Below are positions 37,455-52,224 of a DNA stretch of 62,214 nucleotides, one piece after another (the stretch's first letter is position 1; each line of letters opens with the position of its first letter). The stretch lies in the NCBI RefSeq assembly GCF_000181795.1, contig NW_003526941.1, positions 1,370,908-1,433,121 of the forward strand, in the 5' to 3' direction. The translations under genes and the position numbers were made by a program. This DNA is from Trichinella spiralis. Lineage: Eukaryota. The notes beneath the pieces were generated by a model that was not told the origin of the DNA, searched no databases, and saw only the letters and a program-made list of their open reading frames with translations.

Positions 37455-40400
37455 GCTTAAGTGTTAAATTAAGTTGCTCTAAAGTTGTATGTTTATTTTT
37501 GTTTTATTTTTTGCTTTTCTGTTTGGTTCATTATATATATATATATATACAATTACTGCCATTTTCACGTTTTACATAATCTACGTTATTTAGGAATAAT
37601 GTTGCCATAGATTTCAGCGTAGTGCTGGCTGTTCTTCTGTTATGCAAAATGTGTTTGCTATCTATTCTTTTAATTCATTTTCATTTTTCTAAGTTTCTTC
37701 TGTTTTAAATGATTTTAGAACAATGTTTTGTTCTGCATTATAATAAAACAAGATAAAGTTTAACTGTTGACTACAACTGAAATTTCTATATAAAGTATTT
37801 AAGAATTAATGATATCATATATCATTTTATTATCAGTTATGACTTCCCAAAACGAATTGATTATTTAAATTGTTTTTATTTGTTCATTACAATAGAACCA
37901 TTATTGTTTTTGTTTGAAATGTTCAAATGATCATGAATTTGCATTTTAGGTTATACAACCAGAATTGAATTTGTGAACCTTTTCAAGCATGCAAGCCAGC
38001 CATAACCAAATTTTGATGTGTATTAAAGGTGATACTTAGAAATCAAGGATATTTTTATGTTAATGACATCTTTTTTTATTTTATTTAGTTTTCTCAATTT
38101 GTACTTGTAGGTATATTTTTGTACATTTACTTAAGGTACAGTAAATTTCTAAGTAAGGAAGTAAGAAAGAAATATTTGGTAATTATTATAGCAGCTTAGA
38201 AATGTAATTGAGCAAGTTGTATTTTTGCCAAAAAATAATTTTTTGACATAATTGTAAGGACATTACACAGAATTTATAATTTTTCTTTTTATTTGAAATT
38301 TTTTACTTTCATCATAGATCTGTCTATCTATCTATATATATATATATATATATTGATGATTGAGCATTTTTTATTGGTGAAGTTTTCTAGCACACGTCAT
38401 TGTTACGGCATTGTTATATAGCACTTTTGTGAACGAGGTGGAGTCGTTGCCAATGAATGACCTTTGCTGAGAAAGAACTCTGACCTGAGTCAACACCACA
38501 GGAAGTTTTTTTTTATTGTAATAAGTTTTAATCCATCTTCACTCTGATACAAATTGTCATCTAACTACTTATAAGTGCGACAAGATGTAATAATTTTTAT
38601 GCCAGTGTGAATTACAGAAAAAGGACTGTGAAGAAGTTAAAGACATATTAGAAATGAATGGCAAATTGTTGAACAGTGAAATAAATTGTCGTCGCTTATA
38701 TGGTGAGAAGTATGCTTCAGTAGTTGTACAGCATTGAACAAGTGTAAAGTGATTTGTTGAGGACCAAAAAAAAATAACGTCAAAACCCATAGCCCCTCAT
38801 CAGCTGACACTTTGGAAAGGATGTTTGCAAATGGTTATGGGCATATGGATGTATTTTTGCAGGGCACTGTTTTTTTGCGGTCGGTCTCAAGTGTTCGAAG
38901 AGTAAATGATGTTCAGCACTCAAGGCAGCAGTCGTAATCCTCACAGCGCCAGTTCTGTTTACTAATCAGATCTGTGAGCAAGCCTATGCGTCATAATCTG
39001 CTCGTTGACTGGACCGGCTAATATGGACCACCTTGCTTGGTCAACAAGCGGACCGCATGTCAGTATAGGATCGAGGCGACCGGGCCGTGGTTTTCAATTT
39101 GTCGACGTTACGCAGCACATCCACTAATGTCCACCTTGTCAACACCGGTCGGTCACTGTGGCGTCTTGTGCAGCCGCAGTGGCAGGAGGTCAAACAGCGT
39201 CGATTGCGCTGTGGCGCCGGAAGCTGATCAGCTTGGCTTTCGACTGTGGACAGTGATCATCAACTTATCGCTATTTCTCTGTGCAAATTGCCAGAGATCG
39301 ACCATTTTCAATTTGACATGCTCATCATGCATGTTAAGCAATATGGAGTCGCGTTTAAGCTGGCCTCATTTCAAACTAAAATGCAATGTATTTCAAAATA
39401 CAGTGTCGGTGTTCTGTATACCACTGTTCTTCCCCAAATATACTTGTTCAAAAAGAAAATTTGAGCAAAACCATAATTATTGTTGAATCAATATGCTTAC
39501 AAATACACACACGCAAACAAACACACACGTACATAATAATTGCATTAAACCAAGCTTAATCAAGATGCTAAAGATGACAATAAATAAGGTAAACTATGAA
39601 ATTTTTACTGTTTTAAATTTATTGTTATTATTTTACAATTGTTTTTTTTATTATTTTAACATGTGAAAAAGTGTATTTAATTTCTTTAAAGGTTTTATGC
39701 TATTATTTATTATACACGGCCGTGTAGTTTTAGGACTTGTTGAATTAATTTATAAAATTTGAATAATGTTAGTAATTTAATTGTAATTTATAAATGTGCA
39801 TGCTTTGTCATTTTTACGTCAAAAAGCATGTCGCTGTTTTGTTTTGTCATTTTTATTTCTTTTGTGATTTATTGTTGCATTTTTCTTTTAATTTGTGCTA
39901 TCTGAATTATGGGGTTGTTTTCAGTTTTTCTATTCATTAAAAATTTATTCCAGTGGAGAAAGCAGTTTCAGTTTGTTCAGTGATTATTGCAACAGAGCAA
40001 TCGATCAATAATTTTCAACAAGCTAATAATCGTTGAACGATTGCGACTGTCGCCTCCTAATGGTTGATTGCTGTTTCAGTAAAGCGTCCTTCAATCAGGG
40101 TAGCATTTGTTATTACACAGATGCAGCCTCTGCTTAGTAAGCTTTGCACAGACGAAATAAGAATAAAAAATGTTATTAAATTTTTGAAGATAGCAATTGA
40201 TCTTAGATTTGTAGAAAATGATCTTTTCCAATTAGAAGTGAATAAAATTCATTTGCTCTGTTCTACAATTTTACGTATGCATGTATATATGATTTCCATT
40301 TTTGCACATTTCACTTTCAATTTTTTTTCTAATATAAGTCAGTTATCGTATATAAAAGTATAGAAAATATTGTTTAGGATTCCAATTGTAGATTAAAACA

Positions 40401-41940
40401 TCGTAATATGATGCGTAAGTGCAGCAGCAGCTATATTCTGCAGTAATGGCAAATAGGTGCATTCTGAAGGCTGGAAAATGTTTATACAAGGCACGCACTC
40501 AGTGTAAAGTAAGACGTTACAAAACAAGTGCAATAGAAGTTGAGCTTTTCTAAAATAAATTCTACCTACAGAGGTTCTGAAGACTGAATTGTTTTAAATT
40601 GAAACTGAAAAATATACTTTGCTTTTAATTCAGCTTTTAAAATTTTAAATTTGCTTAGTGAAAATTGCTTCAACATTCTTTTTATTAAGTGAATATGCTT
40701 CTTGATGCTGATGCGTACCTTTTGACCGTCTTTAGTGAGCAGATGTTTTTTTATTATATCATTTAAACATAAAATTGTTTTTATTATATGTTAATTCACA
40801 GCTGTTTATAATTTGAGTGTTTGTTTATTTATTTGTCATTATTCAGTATTTTGTTATTATAATTTTGTTATTATGCATGCATGCATATATATCTTTGGAA
40901 TCAAAATTAACATTTTTGGTTTCATTGTTCATCGTGAATGCGATTAATATTGAAATGATGTAAGTAGAGGCAATTGTTGATGCACTTGCATATCAGGCAA
41001 TGGAAAATGTAGTTCAAGTGCGAGCTAGCTGAATTATTACTTTGTCTTTTATGTGAATTACTGAACTGTTACACTATTTTATATATTATTTTTGATATAG
41101 CTTTGCGAAAATTACAAATCACCTAATTTGTGACATATAACAAATAACTGTGAGTGTTTAACGTGAAAAAAGTCTTCAAAATAAATTATTATTTGCAGTT
41201 CCGTTTTTCCATTGTTGTTGCGTTGAAGTGTTATTTGTTTTAATGAATGCTGGATGTTTACGTTAAGATTAATTTTTATAAGATGTAGTGATGTTATCAG
41301 AATGACAAAGCTGCATTAGGAGCTACAAATTATAAAACAATATATCCTGAAATTTTGATGTTTTTTTTAAATAAGAAAGGGAATTTACTTTGTTCTGCTT
41401 CAATTAAATGAAAGTTAAATGTTTCGATATTTGGTAACAGTTAGAAAATTGAGATGTGCTAAAAATTTGTTCAGAATTGCTTTTCTTGGCGCTTGCAAGA
41501 AGTCAAGGGGCGTTTTCGAGCGCGTGATGAGTGTGTTTGTGAAAACGCAGTCCTATTCACGTATGCTGACTGACGGATCGGAAATTCTCTTGAGCCACAC
41601 TTGGATTAAGGCTTGAGGCTTGTTGCCTTGGTACTTCACCGCTTGTTCAGCGTTTTTCACCTCAATCGGTTTGTTTCTTTCCAGTTTCTTCTAATCGACC
41701 AAAACCGTCGAAAAGAGTCCTTGTACGATGGGCTCATGCTGGTTGTGGAGTACGGTAGCCTGTCAGTTGACCAATCAGCACGGAAGATGATCGTGCTCCG
41801 CCTGCAAGGGTCGAATTCATCCAATAGAAGTTGCTTCTCCTACCCAAAGTACACAAACCAGCCGCGACGACAATGCCCGTTTATTCATTGAGCAAACATT
41901 GTCGTCGGTGTATTGCAAACAAAATTTGGGGCTCATTCAG

Positions 41941-43262
41941 ATGATGTTCATAGGCACCCTGAAGGCAGCTGCGGTACCGGACACCAGTCTCTGCTCTTCA
42001 GCCGGCGCTCTATTGCAAGCTAGTTCTTCACAGCACCAGTCGACTCGATTTTCAGTTACTGACATTCTCAGTCCTTTAGAGGATCCTTTAACATCTCAGT
42101 GGCGAACACTGAAACCACAAATGATCATGAATTCTTTTGATGGCAGTTCACTTAATCCATTCAGCGCTTATCGGACTCCGCCGTCATCAACTATGCACTC
42201 TCAGCAAGCGCCAACGATGTCCAACCCATACTTGGGGCATTGTCCAGGTTCAGCTGGTGCTGGAGCACCTTTTGCATCTCATCAGTATCAACCGTCCACA
42301 GATTTTTCATCTTACGCTGCTGCAGCCGCTGCAGCCAATCAAACTGCAAGCTGGTATAATGCGACACATGACAGTCGTTTTGGAGGTGATTACATTTTTG
42401 CTGTTGCTTGCATTGTTTTTCTTTTGTTATATACTTTCCGGTAAATTGAATTTTAATTTATCACTGTTTTACAGTTCCAAGACTTATGGCTACGACTACT
42501 GGTGGCCCGGCACCGCCAAGCATGACCATGCTCGGCGCCTGCGGTATGCTAGATCCGGCGAAAGCCGCTGCCGCTGGTATTCAATTTCCAATGCCGCAAC
42601 GCCGCAAAAGGAGAGTGCTGTTTACGCAGGCTCAAGTATATGAGCTGGAGCGACGATTTAAACAACAAAAATATCTGTCAGCTCCAGAACGTGAACATCT
42701 CGCTCAGTTGATCAACCTCACCCCAACCCAGGTCAAAATTTGGTTCCAGAATCATAGGTATAAATGCAAACGACAAGCCAAAGAAAAGCTCATGCAAGAG
42801 CCAGACGCGGCCGCCAGTGCTGATGGGCAGCAGAAAATATCAGTCATTGACTCGGATCGTGAAAGTTACGCTGACTCACCGACGCCAAGTCGTGATTCTA
42901 GCGCTGGGCCAAGTGCAGTTGGATCACCGACGCCGGTCACCGTTGGCGCCGACATGTCTAGTCGGTCACCGAGAAAAATTGCAGTTTCTGTGCTGGTAAA
43001 AGATGATAAACCATCTGAAGAAGCTCCAAACATTAGTCCAGTTGTTGCGTCAATTGACTACAATAAGGCCAGCGGCATGTCGGGTATGCCGTGCACGCAA
43101 GGTAGCAGTTGGGCTCAGCCGCCCACGCATCCATTTCCTTGCCCTGCGCCTAGTTCGTTCAACTCATTTGCCAGCTCACATCTGGCAGCACCGACAAATC
43201 TCGGCTATACAACCATGCCTGGCTCATCACCGTATTACGCTCTGCACGCTCGTGGATGGTAA
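41941..43262 (+). CDS. NKX2-1: NK2.1-class homeobox transcription factor (NKX2-1/NKX2-4/scro/ceh-24-like), 2 exons
   Basis: TN/eh1 motif [21 protein letters not shown] before intron 42386-42474; homeodomain [35 protein letters not shown]...[14 protein letters not shown] (Tyr54); NK2-[19 protein letters not shown]-terminal Trp. Confidence 0.95.
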
Positions 43263-44443
43263 TCATACTTCCCTTCCCTAAAAATGTGTCTTTTTCTTCC
43301 TGTTCTAACGCTTGATGATAATTCTTTTTAAACATTTCTGTATTGTTGCACAAGCTACGTTTTTGCTTTCATCACGTCTTTTCACTGTTTGCTGGTATTA
43401 GTAAAGCATATCTGATGCGTTTATGAGGTGAAAAGAATGGCCGCAAAGGTCGGCTCAGTGACGAGGTCGAAGCGGATTAACGTGACCGGCTAGTAGAAAA
43501 GTTTGTAGGCAAGGCACGGCGTCCCGCAGGGTCAGGCAATCCGAGGGTCGCGCAGACAGTCCGTCGCCGCTTTGTGAAGCTCTGGCTGGGTCCCACACAC
43601 GTTCGCATTCCAATCCATCTATTGTGAGAACGTGAACCGCTAAATAATACCCGGCCTTAATAAGGCTAAGCTATTGTTTGGCTGCGTTAAGCTAGTTGCA
43701 CCTGCGTTTAGCGAACGCTAAAGGTGACGTGTGGCATGGGCGGCTTTTGTCTTTCGGCTGTGAAGGGCAGCATCAATCTCGAAACAAAAAGAAGATAAAA
43801 ATAAAGAATGAAAAAAACGCTCCACCCGAAAGAAGTGGAGAGTACTTTTCAGGCAACAGACACAGCAGAACCTACAAGTGATTCTTCTTTTTGTATGCTT
43901 GCTTCTTTGATTACAAACAAAACACGACAACAGATAATTTATGCGCTTGTTCAAATTTCCATCTTCAAATGAAATAATGCACTTTCTTCGATCATTTGTA
44001 TGTATAATGTGGCAATGGCAACAGATTTTTTGACAAAGTGAAATAAACTTGCACACATTGAGCATGATATCAATAAATTAAAGAAGAAAACGCTGGACAA
44101 CTTAAAATTATTACCTTACTTATAGTAGATTATAAATGTTAGTTTGTCAAATGATGGTCGCATCATGTTTAATCTACAACTCAGTGTGTCACTTTTATGG
44201 TAAAAACATCAGAACTTTTCAGTTTACAATACTTGGATGTCTTTGTTTTCTAAAATAAAAATGACATAGTTCAATTTAAATTTCAACAAACTTAAGAACA
44301 AACCGTGCCAGGAGCTTTTGAAAATTTGAAAAGGAAAAGAAAAACTTGTCAACCTGGTCTGCACAGTACTCTTGTAGATGTTGTACTCTTGATCAGAATA
44401 AATGAAAACCTGTTTTGAATTCACTAGCTCTGCCACATAAACG

Positions 44444-44469
44444 ATATATATATATATATATATATATAT
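44444..44469. repeat. (AT)n microsatellite
   Basis: Direct dinucleotide run. Shorter ones occur near 37532 and 38335. Confidence 0.95.
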
Positions 44470-47400
44470 CTGCTTCTTCATTTGCAGGTAACTAACTGTC
44501 TACTAATGATAAACACTAATTTTTTTAGTCATAATAGGTACTTTTGTAAAGTTATACAATTGAATAGGTAAGCAAACTGAGAGACGTTTGCATGATGCTG
44601 ATTAAGCATAAAATCTTATTGTATTGTTGGTTTACCTCTGGACTTTTAAAATTGTATAGTGAACTGTGTTAAGCAATACTAAAAATGCAATGAATTCCAT
44701 CGAATAAATGTATCAAAGTAAATGGAAATGAAGTAATATATTTATTTTTAAATTACTACAAAATATAATGTAAATATAAGTAAAAATGAATAAATGTATA
44801 TAGATAATTTTTCAAAGAACATTTTTAAAAGTCAGATTTCAATTTGTACAGAATTTGTTTTATATATGGATCAGATGGAATTGTATGACAATGGTAAAGA
44901 AATACTAGTCCAAATTGGCACCCAGTGAGGTCAGAGTGGATTGGATGGTCAGAGAAGAGTACTTATTTTGTTCTTGCCTTGGACAAGAGCAGAAGTCGAG
45001 CTTTCGTCTTTGCTTTTAACGTGTCAGTCAACGAGCGATTACTAGAGAAAAAGGCTGATAAGCAGCCAGTGGTCGAGAGGTTTTTGAGAACTTAGTAAGT
45101 ATGAACGAGAAAGAGCTATTCAGAGAATACAAATCGCGCAAGCCGTTTGTTGGACACTGGTCACCTTGCAATCATTTTATGTTTTAAAATTTTACATTAC
45201 ATTTAGAAGTACCAACTGTCGATGGCCTACTGTACTATATGACGTACCATGAGGTTGATGATTGGTCAGATCTTGTCGAATGGATAAATTAAATTTGAAG
45301 TGGACCCAATGAATGAATCATTGATTGTCAGACAATCGTAGCTGAATCTGACAATGGCTCTGTGTATAGCAGAAGTTGTCGACAGTTGCTGACAATTTCC
45401 GAATCTGGCAGGCTCTGTATCGACTCCTCTGTCCACTTGACCGCTTATCTTGCCAAGCTGGCATCCATTGCAGACGCTTCTTTAAATGTCATCGGCTTGA
45501 ACGGTCATTAGCGGCTTGCATGCACTTTCTTATGCTCCTTTACAAAGGCAAATCAATTTCCTTTCTTAGTTTAGACAAATAAATAGTTTACAATGTTTAA
45601 GAAAAGCAATTTAAACATCAACTAAAGAGTAGCATAACAGTATACGGTAATTTTGAATTCTCAGATACTGATTAACTATTTCCCGCTAGCTCAGTTTTTG
45701 TCATAATATTAGTTTGGTTTGTAATTTATTTTTCTCTATGTTAATGCGCACTTGAAATTTTACCATATATATAGAAATTTTTATCTAAGAATTACTAATT
45801 CAAAGTACCATTCATAAACAAATTATCACAATGCAATGCAGTTACTTTTATCCCAACATGATAAAGTTATGAAATGATTATTGAAATGTGAGTTATTTAT
45901 CATTTATTTGTTCGTAAAATGTTGCATCAAGGAAATCAAATCACTGAATTTTTCTTTAACTAACCTGCTTATAGAAAACTTTTGCAACTCAAACTTGTTT
46001 TGAAAATAATAGCAGTGCTGCATAGTATAGATTTACAGCACCCAGAAAAAATAGACCAGTTGTGATATTAAAAGGTTGTTCGTGTTAAAAAAAACAGTTA
46101 TCAGTGCCAGATTTAACAAAGTCTGTGAAGTTTGATGACCATTTACAGTGACCGTTCTTGCAGAAGTGTCACTTGAAGATATGTAAATTGTTTGCCATCA
46201 TCTTTGTATATGGCGTGAAAAGAGATTCCTGTTTGGTACAGTGCAGATCTTGAAATTTGGTGGATTTGTTTAACACTGTCAATTCAATTCGCGATGGTCG
46301 TTTTTGACCAAGAGCCACTCATTATTGTTGCTGTACAGCCTTTAACGTAATAAATGGACTTTTATGCGACACTTCCTGGAACAAGCGGCACCGGCTGAGG
46401 CGGCTTTTTGTCAACGTAGAAGGAGCTTTTCATTCGCATTTGCTTAGCGCCTCTTCCAACTGACAAAAGTGGTCACGTTGGTACTCAGCTTTCCGTTTGA
46501 AAACTGCTTTAACGAGCACGTTGAGCCGATCGACTGACTAGCTTAATTCGCTTAGCAATGATCATGTTTGTACTAACAAGCATCGGTAAAGGCACGCTTT
46601 GACAATGGTCCAATTCCAATTGACCGCTGAACGGCTGCAAACTCTGTTCATAAAAGACGCACAAATGGGCTCAATTAAGCTGCCTTTTTGTGGACGCTTT
46701 TCAAGAAGCGTCCTGCTTCACAGGGACCACTTGAGCGGTTGAATTCAAATTGTGCCAAACATGCAGGTCTTATTGGTTGTGATTACCATTCTATAGCTGC
46801 AAGGAAAAGCAGACGCAACGGCAAGGATCGATTTGTCGAACTGCACTTTTTGGTGCTGCTCAAGCAGAATCAGATTTAGAATTTTGAAAAGTTCAATCGC
46901 ACAAACGTAGCTCAAAGCAAAAGCTTATCTTCAATCATTTTAAAAGAAAATAATTATCATACGTCAATTTTATCTTTGCATTATCAATAACGATTTAATC
47001 AAAAAAAGTTGCAATTTGAAATCACATACACAGATTCTGTTTTATCAATTAAACATATAAAAAGAAAGCAAAAATTCAGCAAAGATGAGTCGCTTTGCAG
47101 TTCATTTATTCTATTTGTTGAGATTTATTTATTTAATTAAAATAAAGGATGATTATTTTACTTCCCGAGTTTCATTAATGTTATATTATGCATGTTTCAT
47201 TAATGCAATCGTTTAAATTGCATATTTCAAATTTAATTCAGGTTAAATAAGTCATGCAAAGTTATTGTTTTGAATTTATAAACTGAGGACAAGTATGGAA
47301 CAAGTAAACAAAAAGTTTAATGAATAAAAGTTTGTATTTAAACGTTTGAAAAAGTTGTTTATTGTCATTTAAAACTGAGAATAGATATTGAATTATTTTA

Positions 47401-50400
47401 AACTTTCCACTTGTCATTGAGTCAAGGTTGAGTACCGATGGACCAACAATCCATTCTAGCCAAATAACAAACAGCTAGTCTAAACAAATGTCTGGGCAAA
47501 CAGTTTTTCATTCTCCAATTCTGAGACGTCGGAAGTGGGCCGCAATCGGCACTTACCTTCCAAGGACACATCCGTTAAACCAGTTGCTTATAAGCTGGTC
47601 AATTTTGGGCCGGATGCGACTCACTTTTAGCTTAAAACCGGTCTATAAAATTTCCGACGCATTTTAAGAGCTTAACAGTGACGCGTGTCAACATCTTTTA
47701 AAAGCTTATCGTCTTTGCAAGGCGATCGCCGCATTTCACTGTTTGTCAAATTTATTCATTTGTTCACATTTATACGCAATTATTTACTTCGTTTCTTAGG
47801 CCCATAGCTGACCTGCAACATGTACCCGATCCATTGTGTGTGTGTGTGAAAAATGCTTGAACAATGAATAAAAGAATTTCGTTTAAAGTAAATTACAAAT
47901 GCGTCAAGCAGATGAGCTTATCTCGTTGTGAGGCGTTAGCTAGATTTTCATATTAGCATCTGGAAACAACAGCCGACCCAACTTAACCCGGGAGTAGTTT
48001 AACTTTTATTTACATTGTGAGTTTCAACAAAGCTCAAAAAACTGCTGCAATTATACATCTCGGTCAGCATTAATCTCTAATTAGCTGACATCTTATTTTT
48101 TTCACCAATGCACCAGTGCTAACGAGGTTGCGCCTCCAAATGCTGAAGAGTTAACCTTATGGTTAAGCTTTGTGCGCAAAATCTTGACCTAAAAGCTGAA
48201 AATAAAGCGCATTATCAGTTAACCCAAGCTTTTGAATAAACATACGGCATTTTAATTTTCTCTTTTGTAATTTATGCTGCTATTATGATCTGTACCAGTT
48301 GCATGGCAGAATCAATAACAAAATATTGCTCATTTTGCCTCGAATATTGCTATTTGAAAATTTTCATTCTTCAGACTTTCCATAATAATTTTTTTATCAG
48401 TTCAACCGTGAAAGTTGTTTTCATTTTTTTACAGCAGTTTACTTTCAATATTTACAAGATGCTTAAGTGTTAGTGCACAGAAGTATAAATATTAAAAAAC
48501 AACCTGAGAAGATTAATATTCTTTTTAGCATTTAGCTATGAATAAAAATTAGAACTTCATGCTGCAATGATACTTTCAAAATTCTTATATTTCTTCAATG
48601 TAAAAATCCTTTTTATGGTAAAAATGATTTCAGATCAAATATGCATGATTAATTTTCCAAATGATGTGCTCACGTGATATAATTATTTATAATATGAAAA
48701 TATTGCGCAGTGACTGATAACACATTTGCAATTGATAACTGACGGCAACGTTCAAAACCGCTATCAGCGCATTAGAAATGCTAACGCTATTAAAAACAGC
48801 TTGATTTTATTCTGTTGCACTGAATTAGAACCTTTTGACAGTTTTTTACTGTACTTCAATTAGAATGAAATTGTAGTTGAATTTTGAAGATAAAATTAAG
48901 AAGAAAAGACAAAAAATAAGTAAAATAAACATTTTGAATTCGTAGTCGAAATAATTTTGATTATTATTAACATTATTATTAGCTTTCTAGTCATAAATTG
49001 CATATTGAAAATTGTTTGCGTTAAATGTGTGAGTTTTCCTTCATGAAAATATTATATTGGAAATTTTAAACTGAGAATTAAAGCTTTGCTTTTTAAAACT
49101 GAACACCATGTGTGAGATTAAGCGAACTGAGTTACAAGTGGAACATAAGCGAGTTCTTGTAAAAATAAAAACAGAAGCGCACTTGACCAACGGTCAAAAT
49201 GCATGAAACGTTGCGCGATGGGAATAAAGATGTCAGAGAAGAAAATCCATTTCAAGCAAAGCTAATAAATTTATAGCAGTCAACAAATGTGCATGTGGCA
49301 ACAAAAAGCGTGTACAAACTGAACTAAATGAACACACTACGTTTGTGGATTATTGGTTAGCTATCGTTTGGCTAGCGTCCACTTGAACAAGCTTGGATCA
49401 AATTTTCCCCCCACAGCAGGTGCCGTGTGCAAGCACTGCAAGCTCAGTTCGACCGTGAGAACGCGCCAACTTTTGTTAGCAGAGTTATGCGCGTTGTATA
49501 TTTTAGCGCCACTTTAGCGGCATTTGGACAAATTGTCGCTGGTAAAACGCAAACACGACCGTCAGGTTCGACCAAACAAGAAGCAAAACATCCCCTTTTC
49601 AAAACGGCTTCCAGATCCGGGTCAAATTCCGTCGATTTTGGCCACGTTTGCAAACATATTAGTTTACTGTAATTAGCGGTGGTTGTGAATTTTTGAAAAT
49701 CCGATTATTTGCCACAGCCCCATCTGCGCATATTGGCCGCGCATCGATGTGTTTATTGTCACTGTTTTAAATGGAAATATGGCTAATCTGGTTAAGCGGG
49801 CCTATAACAAAATGACCGGTTTCATTGACCGACTAATCGTGTAAACGGCATGTAAGCAGCGGGAGTCAATTAACACCTGTGATTTAGAAACGGTATACTG
49901 CAGTTAGTAACTCGCATGCTGCGTTGGGGCCATTGATGGTGATGTGATTGAAATAAAAAGCGGTCAGCGACAATGTCCAGGGTGCCCAGTTGCCGGAACT
50001 AGATGAAGAACCTGGCCAGTAGGACTTCGTAAGAAGTGGCTCTTGAAAACGTGTCTCATTCAGCTGTCCAGCCGACCAGTGGACAATCCCCGTCTGTAAA
50101 AGACAGACTAGACAATGTGTCGCCAAGCTACTTTACTAGACTGACAATGCTGACATACTGGACGACTGTCGGCAAGGATACAGGCATACTTAAGCGGGGC
50201 CAATTTTTTCCTCCTTGATCTACCATATGCTCTCTAACGAAAACCAGGGTCGGTGAAAATGAATAGCCATCGAAAATGGCCAATACATCCGCACGTGGTC
50301 TATTGTCAAGAGACGACCTTGTCGATCAGTTCACTTCTGTATCACCATTTCCATTTCTAGCAGTGCTTTGAGTAGATGTTTACAATAAAATGACCGTTTC

Positions 50401-52224
50401 AACTGGTCCAACGCAGCTGCACTAATTTAATACTCAATTAGTGAAAATTCTCCATTTTTAGAAATGGCTAGGTCAAACGGCTATTAAATGATGTTCTCTG
50501 TATTCGCGGTTGATTATCTACTGACACCGTCTCGGTCGCGCTTGGAATTTCCTCATTCATTGTTGATATGCTCTGCTGAACAACTTATCAGTCAGGATGC
50601 ACTTCCTGCTCCTCCTACATTTTTCACCTTGCCAATGTAATACAACACCTCTTTGAGAATGCTGCTAATAATTTTTGACAGCATGACATTTTGTCAAGTT
50701 CACTGAAATTGATCCTACTGGTATTTATTGATGAATAAGAATAATTATCAGCATTCAGTTTAACAATATGTTCTCACCTGTAGGCAAATTATAGCTAGAT
50801 GTTCTTTTATTGTCATTTCTTTAGAATTAAATAAAAAATGTATAAAATTATCAATAGAAATTATCAAGATAATGATATGCATTCAGGAAAGCTGAATAAC
50901 TGAAATAAATAAATTAAAAGAATCCAACTATTGCAATAGCATTCAGATAATGTTGATAAATTGATACCAAGTAACTATTCCTAAAATGTCTGCAATTTCT
51001 ATTTAAAATTTTTAACTTTAAAACAGCTAAATGAACGTCTTAATTAAGAAAGGACTTTAATATGAAGAATTTTTTTATAATAAAATTCTCACATGAACAC
51101 TCTCAATGAACAACCGATTCGGCTGAATGCATATAAAAAGCAATATAAATTAACATTCTATTTTTTTGGATTAATTAATTTTAAATTTAGCAATAGCTCT
51201 CATAAAATGAAGTACATGGATTTAATAGAAATATTTCAATCAAAAAAATTCATTTTAATTATTACCCACGGGAATGCATAATTATAACGCATATACGGGC
51301 AAACATGCATGGCGATAAACATCATGTATTATGAATAAATCGTTATAAAATCAAAAAATAACATTTCTATTTTCTCGCACCATTTGATTCTTGCACTTCT
51401 TGTGTTCAGTTAGATCATTTGCTATCTACTGCTACTTGTAATCATCTATATTAAAAACTTGTATGTAAAATTAATTTTTGCAAAAATAGATGAAAATAAT
51501 AAAAAAATAAGCAAATTTTCAACAAAGTTTGAGATGAAGATTGGTTTTGATTAAATTTACATTTATTTAACTCACATTTAACATGCAACTGCAAGTTTTT
51601 ATCTGTTAAACTATATAATTGATTAAAAAATTAAATAATATGCGATATTTATTTAAGAAATAAGGAATTAAAGCTTTAATTGCATCAGAATTAAATTTTA
51701 AATATTTTTTATATATGCTACATTTGCTGTAAAATGAAATTAAATTAATCGTGATTGTCTTTTTACTGTAACTCCGTTGTGCCAGTTGTAGTGGTTGTGA
51801 AAGTTTCATGTTATTCAGAAAGTACGTATTTTGTACTTCTGCTGTAAAGTAATGTACGTGATTATATATTTTTATTATAATTTAGATTATTAATTTTTGC
51901 ATCGAATAGTATTACTCATTGTTAGCATTATTTATATTGACTAGTGTTGCGAATTTATTATTGCTATCTCGTGTACTTGTTACACTCGTAATTTAAAATA
52001 ATAAATTTATGAGATCAAAAAGTGTATCAGTGGAATTCTGATATTTGAACATGTTACTTTCAAACGATTGGCAATTATTTATGTTAATTGTTGATTTCAT
52101 TTCAAGCATCGATGATCATATACAGATCAAAGCGTTTCACTTTATACACGTTTGTTTATACCAGTTCCATAGATTGCTTATTTATTTTAGCAGAATTAGA
52201 CGCATGATAGGCTGATTGGTTGAG

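Noticed and set aside
39037..39486. 149-aa ORF upstream of NK2.1
   Set aside because: Non-ATG start, no recognisable domain or splice structure; better explained as a GC-elevated regulatory island.
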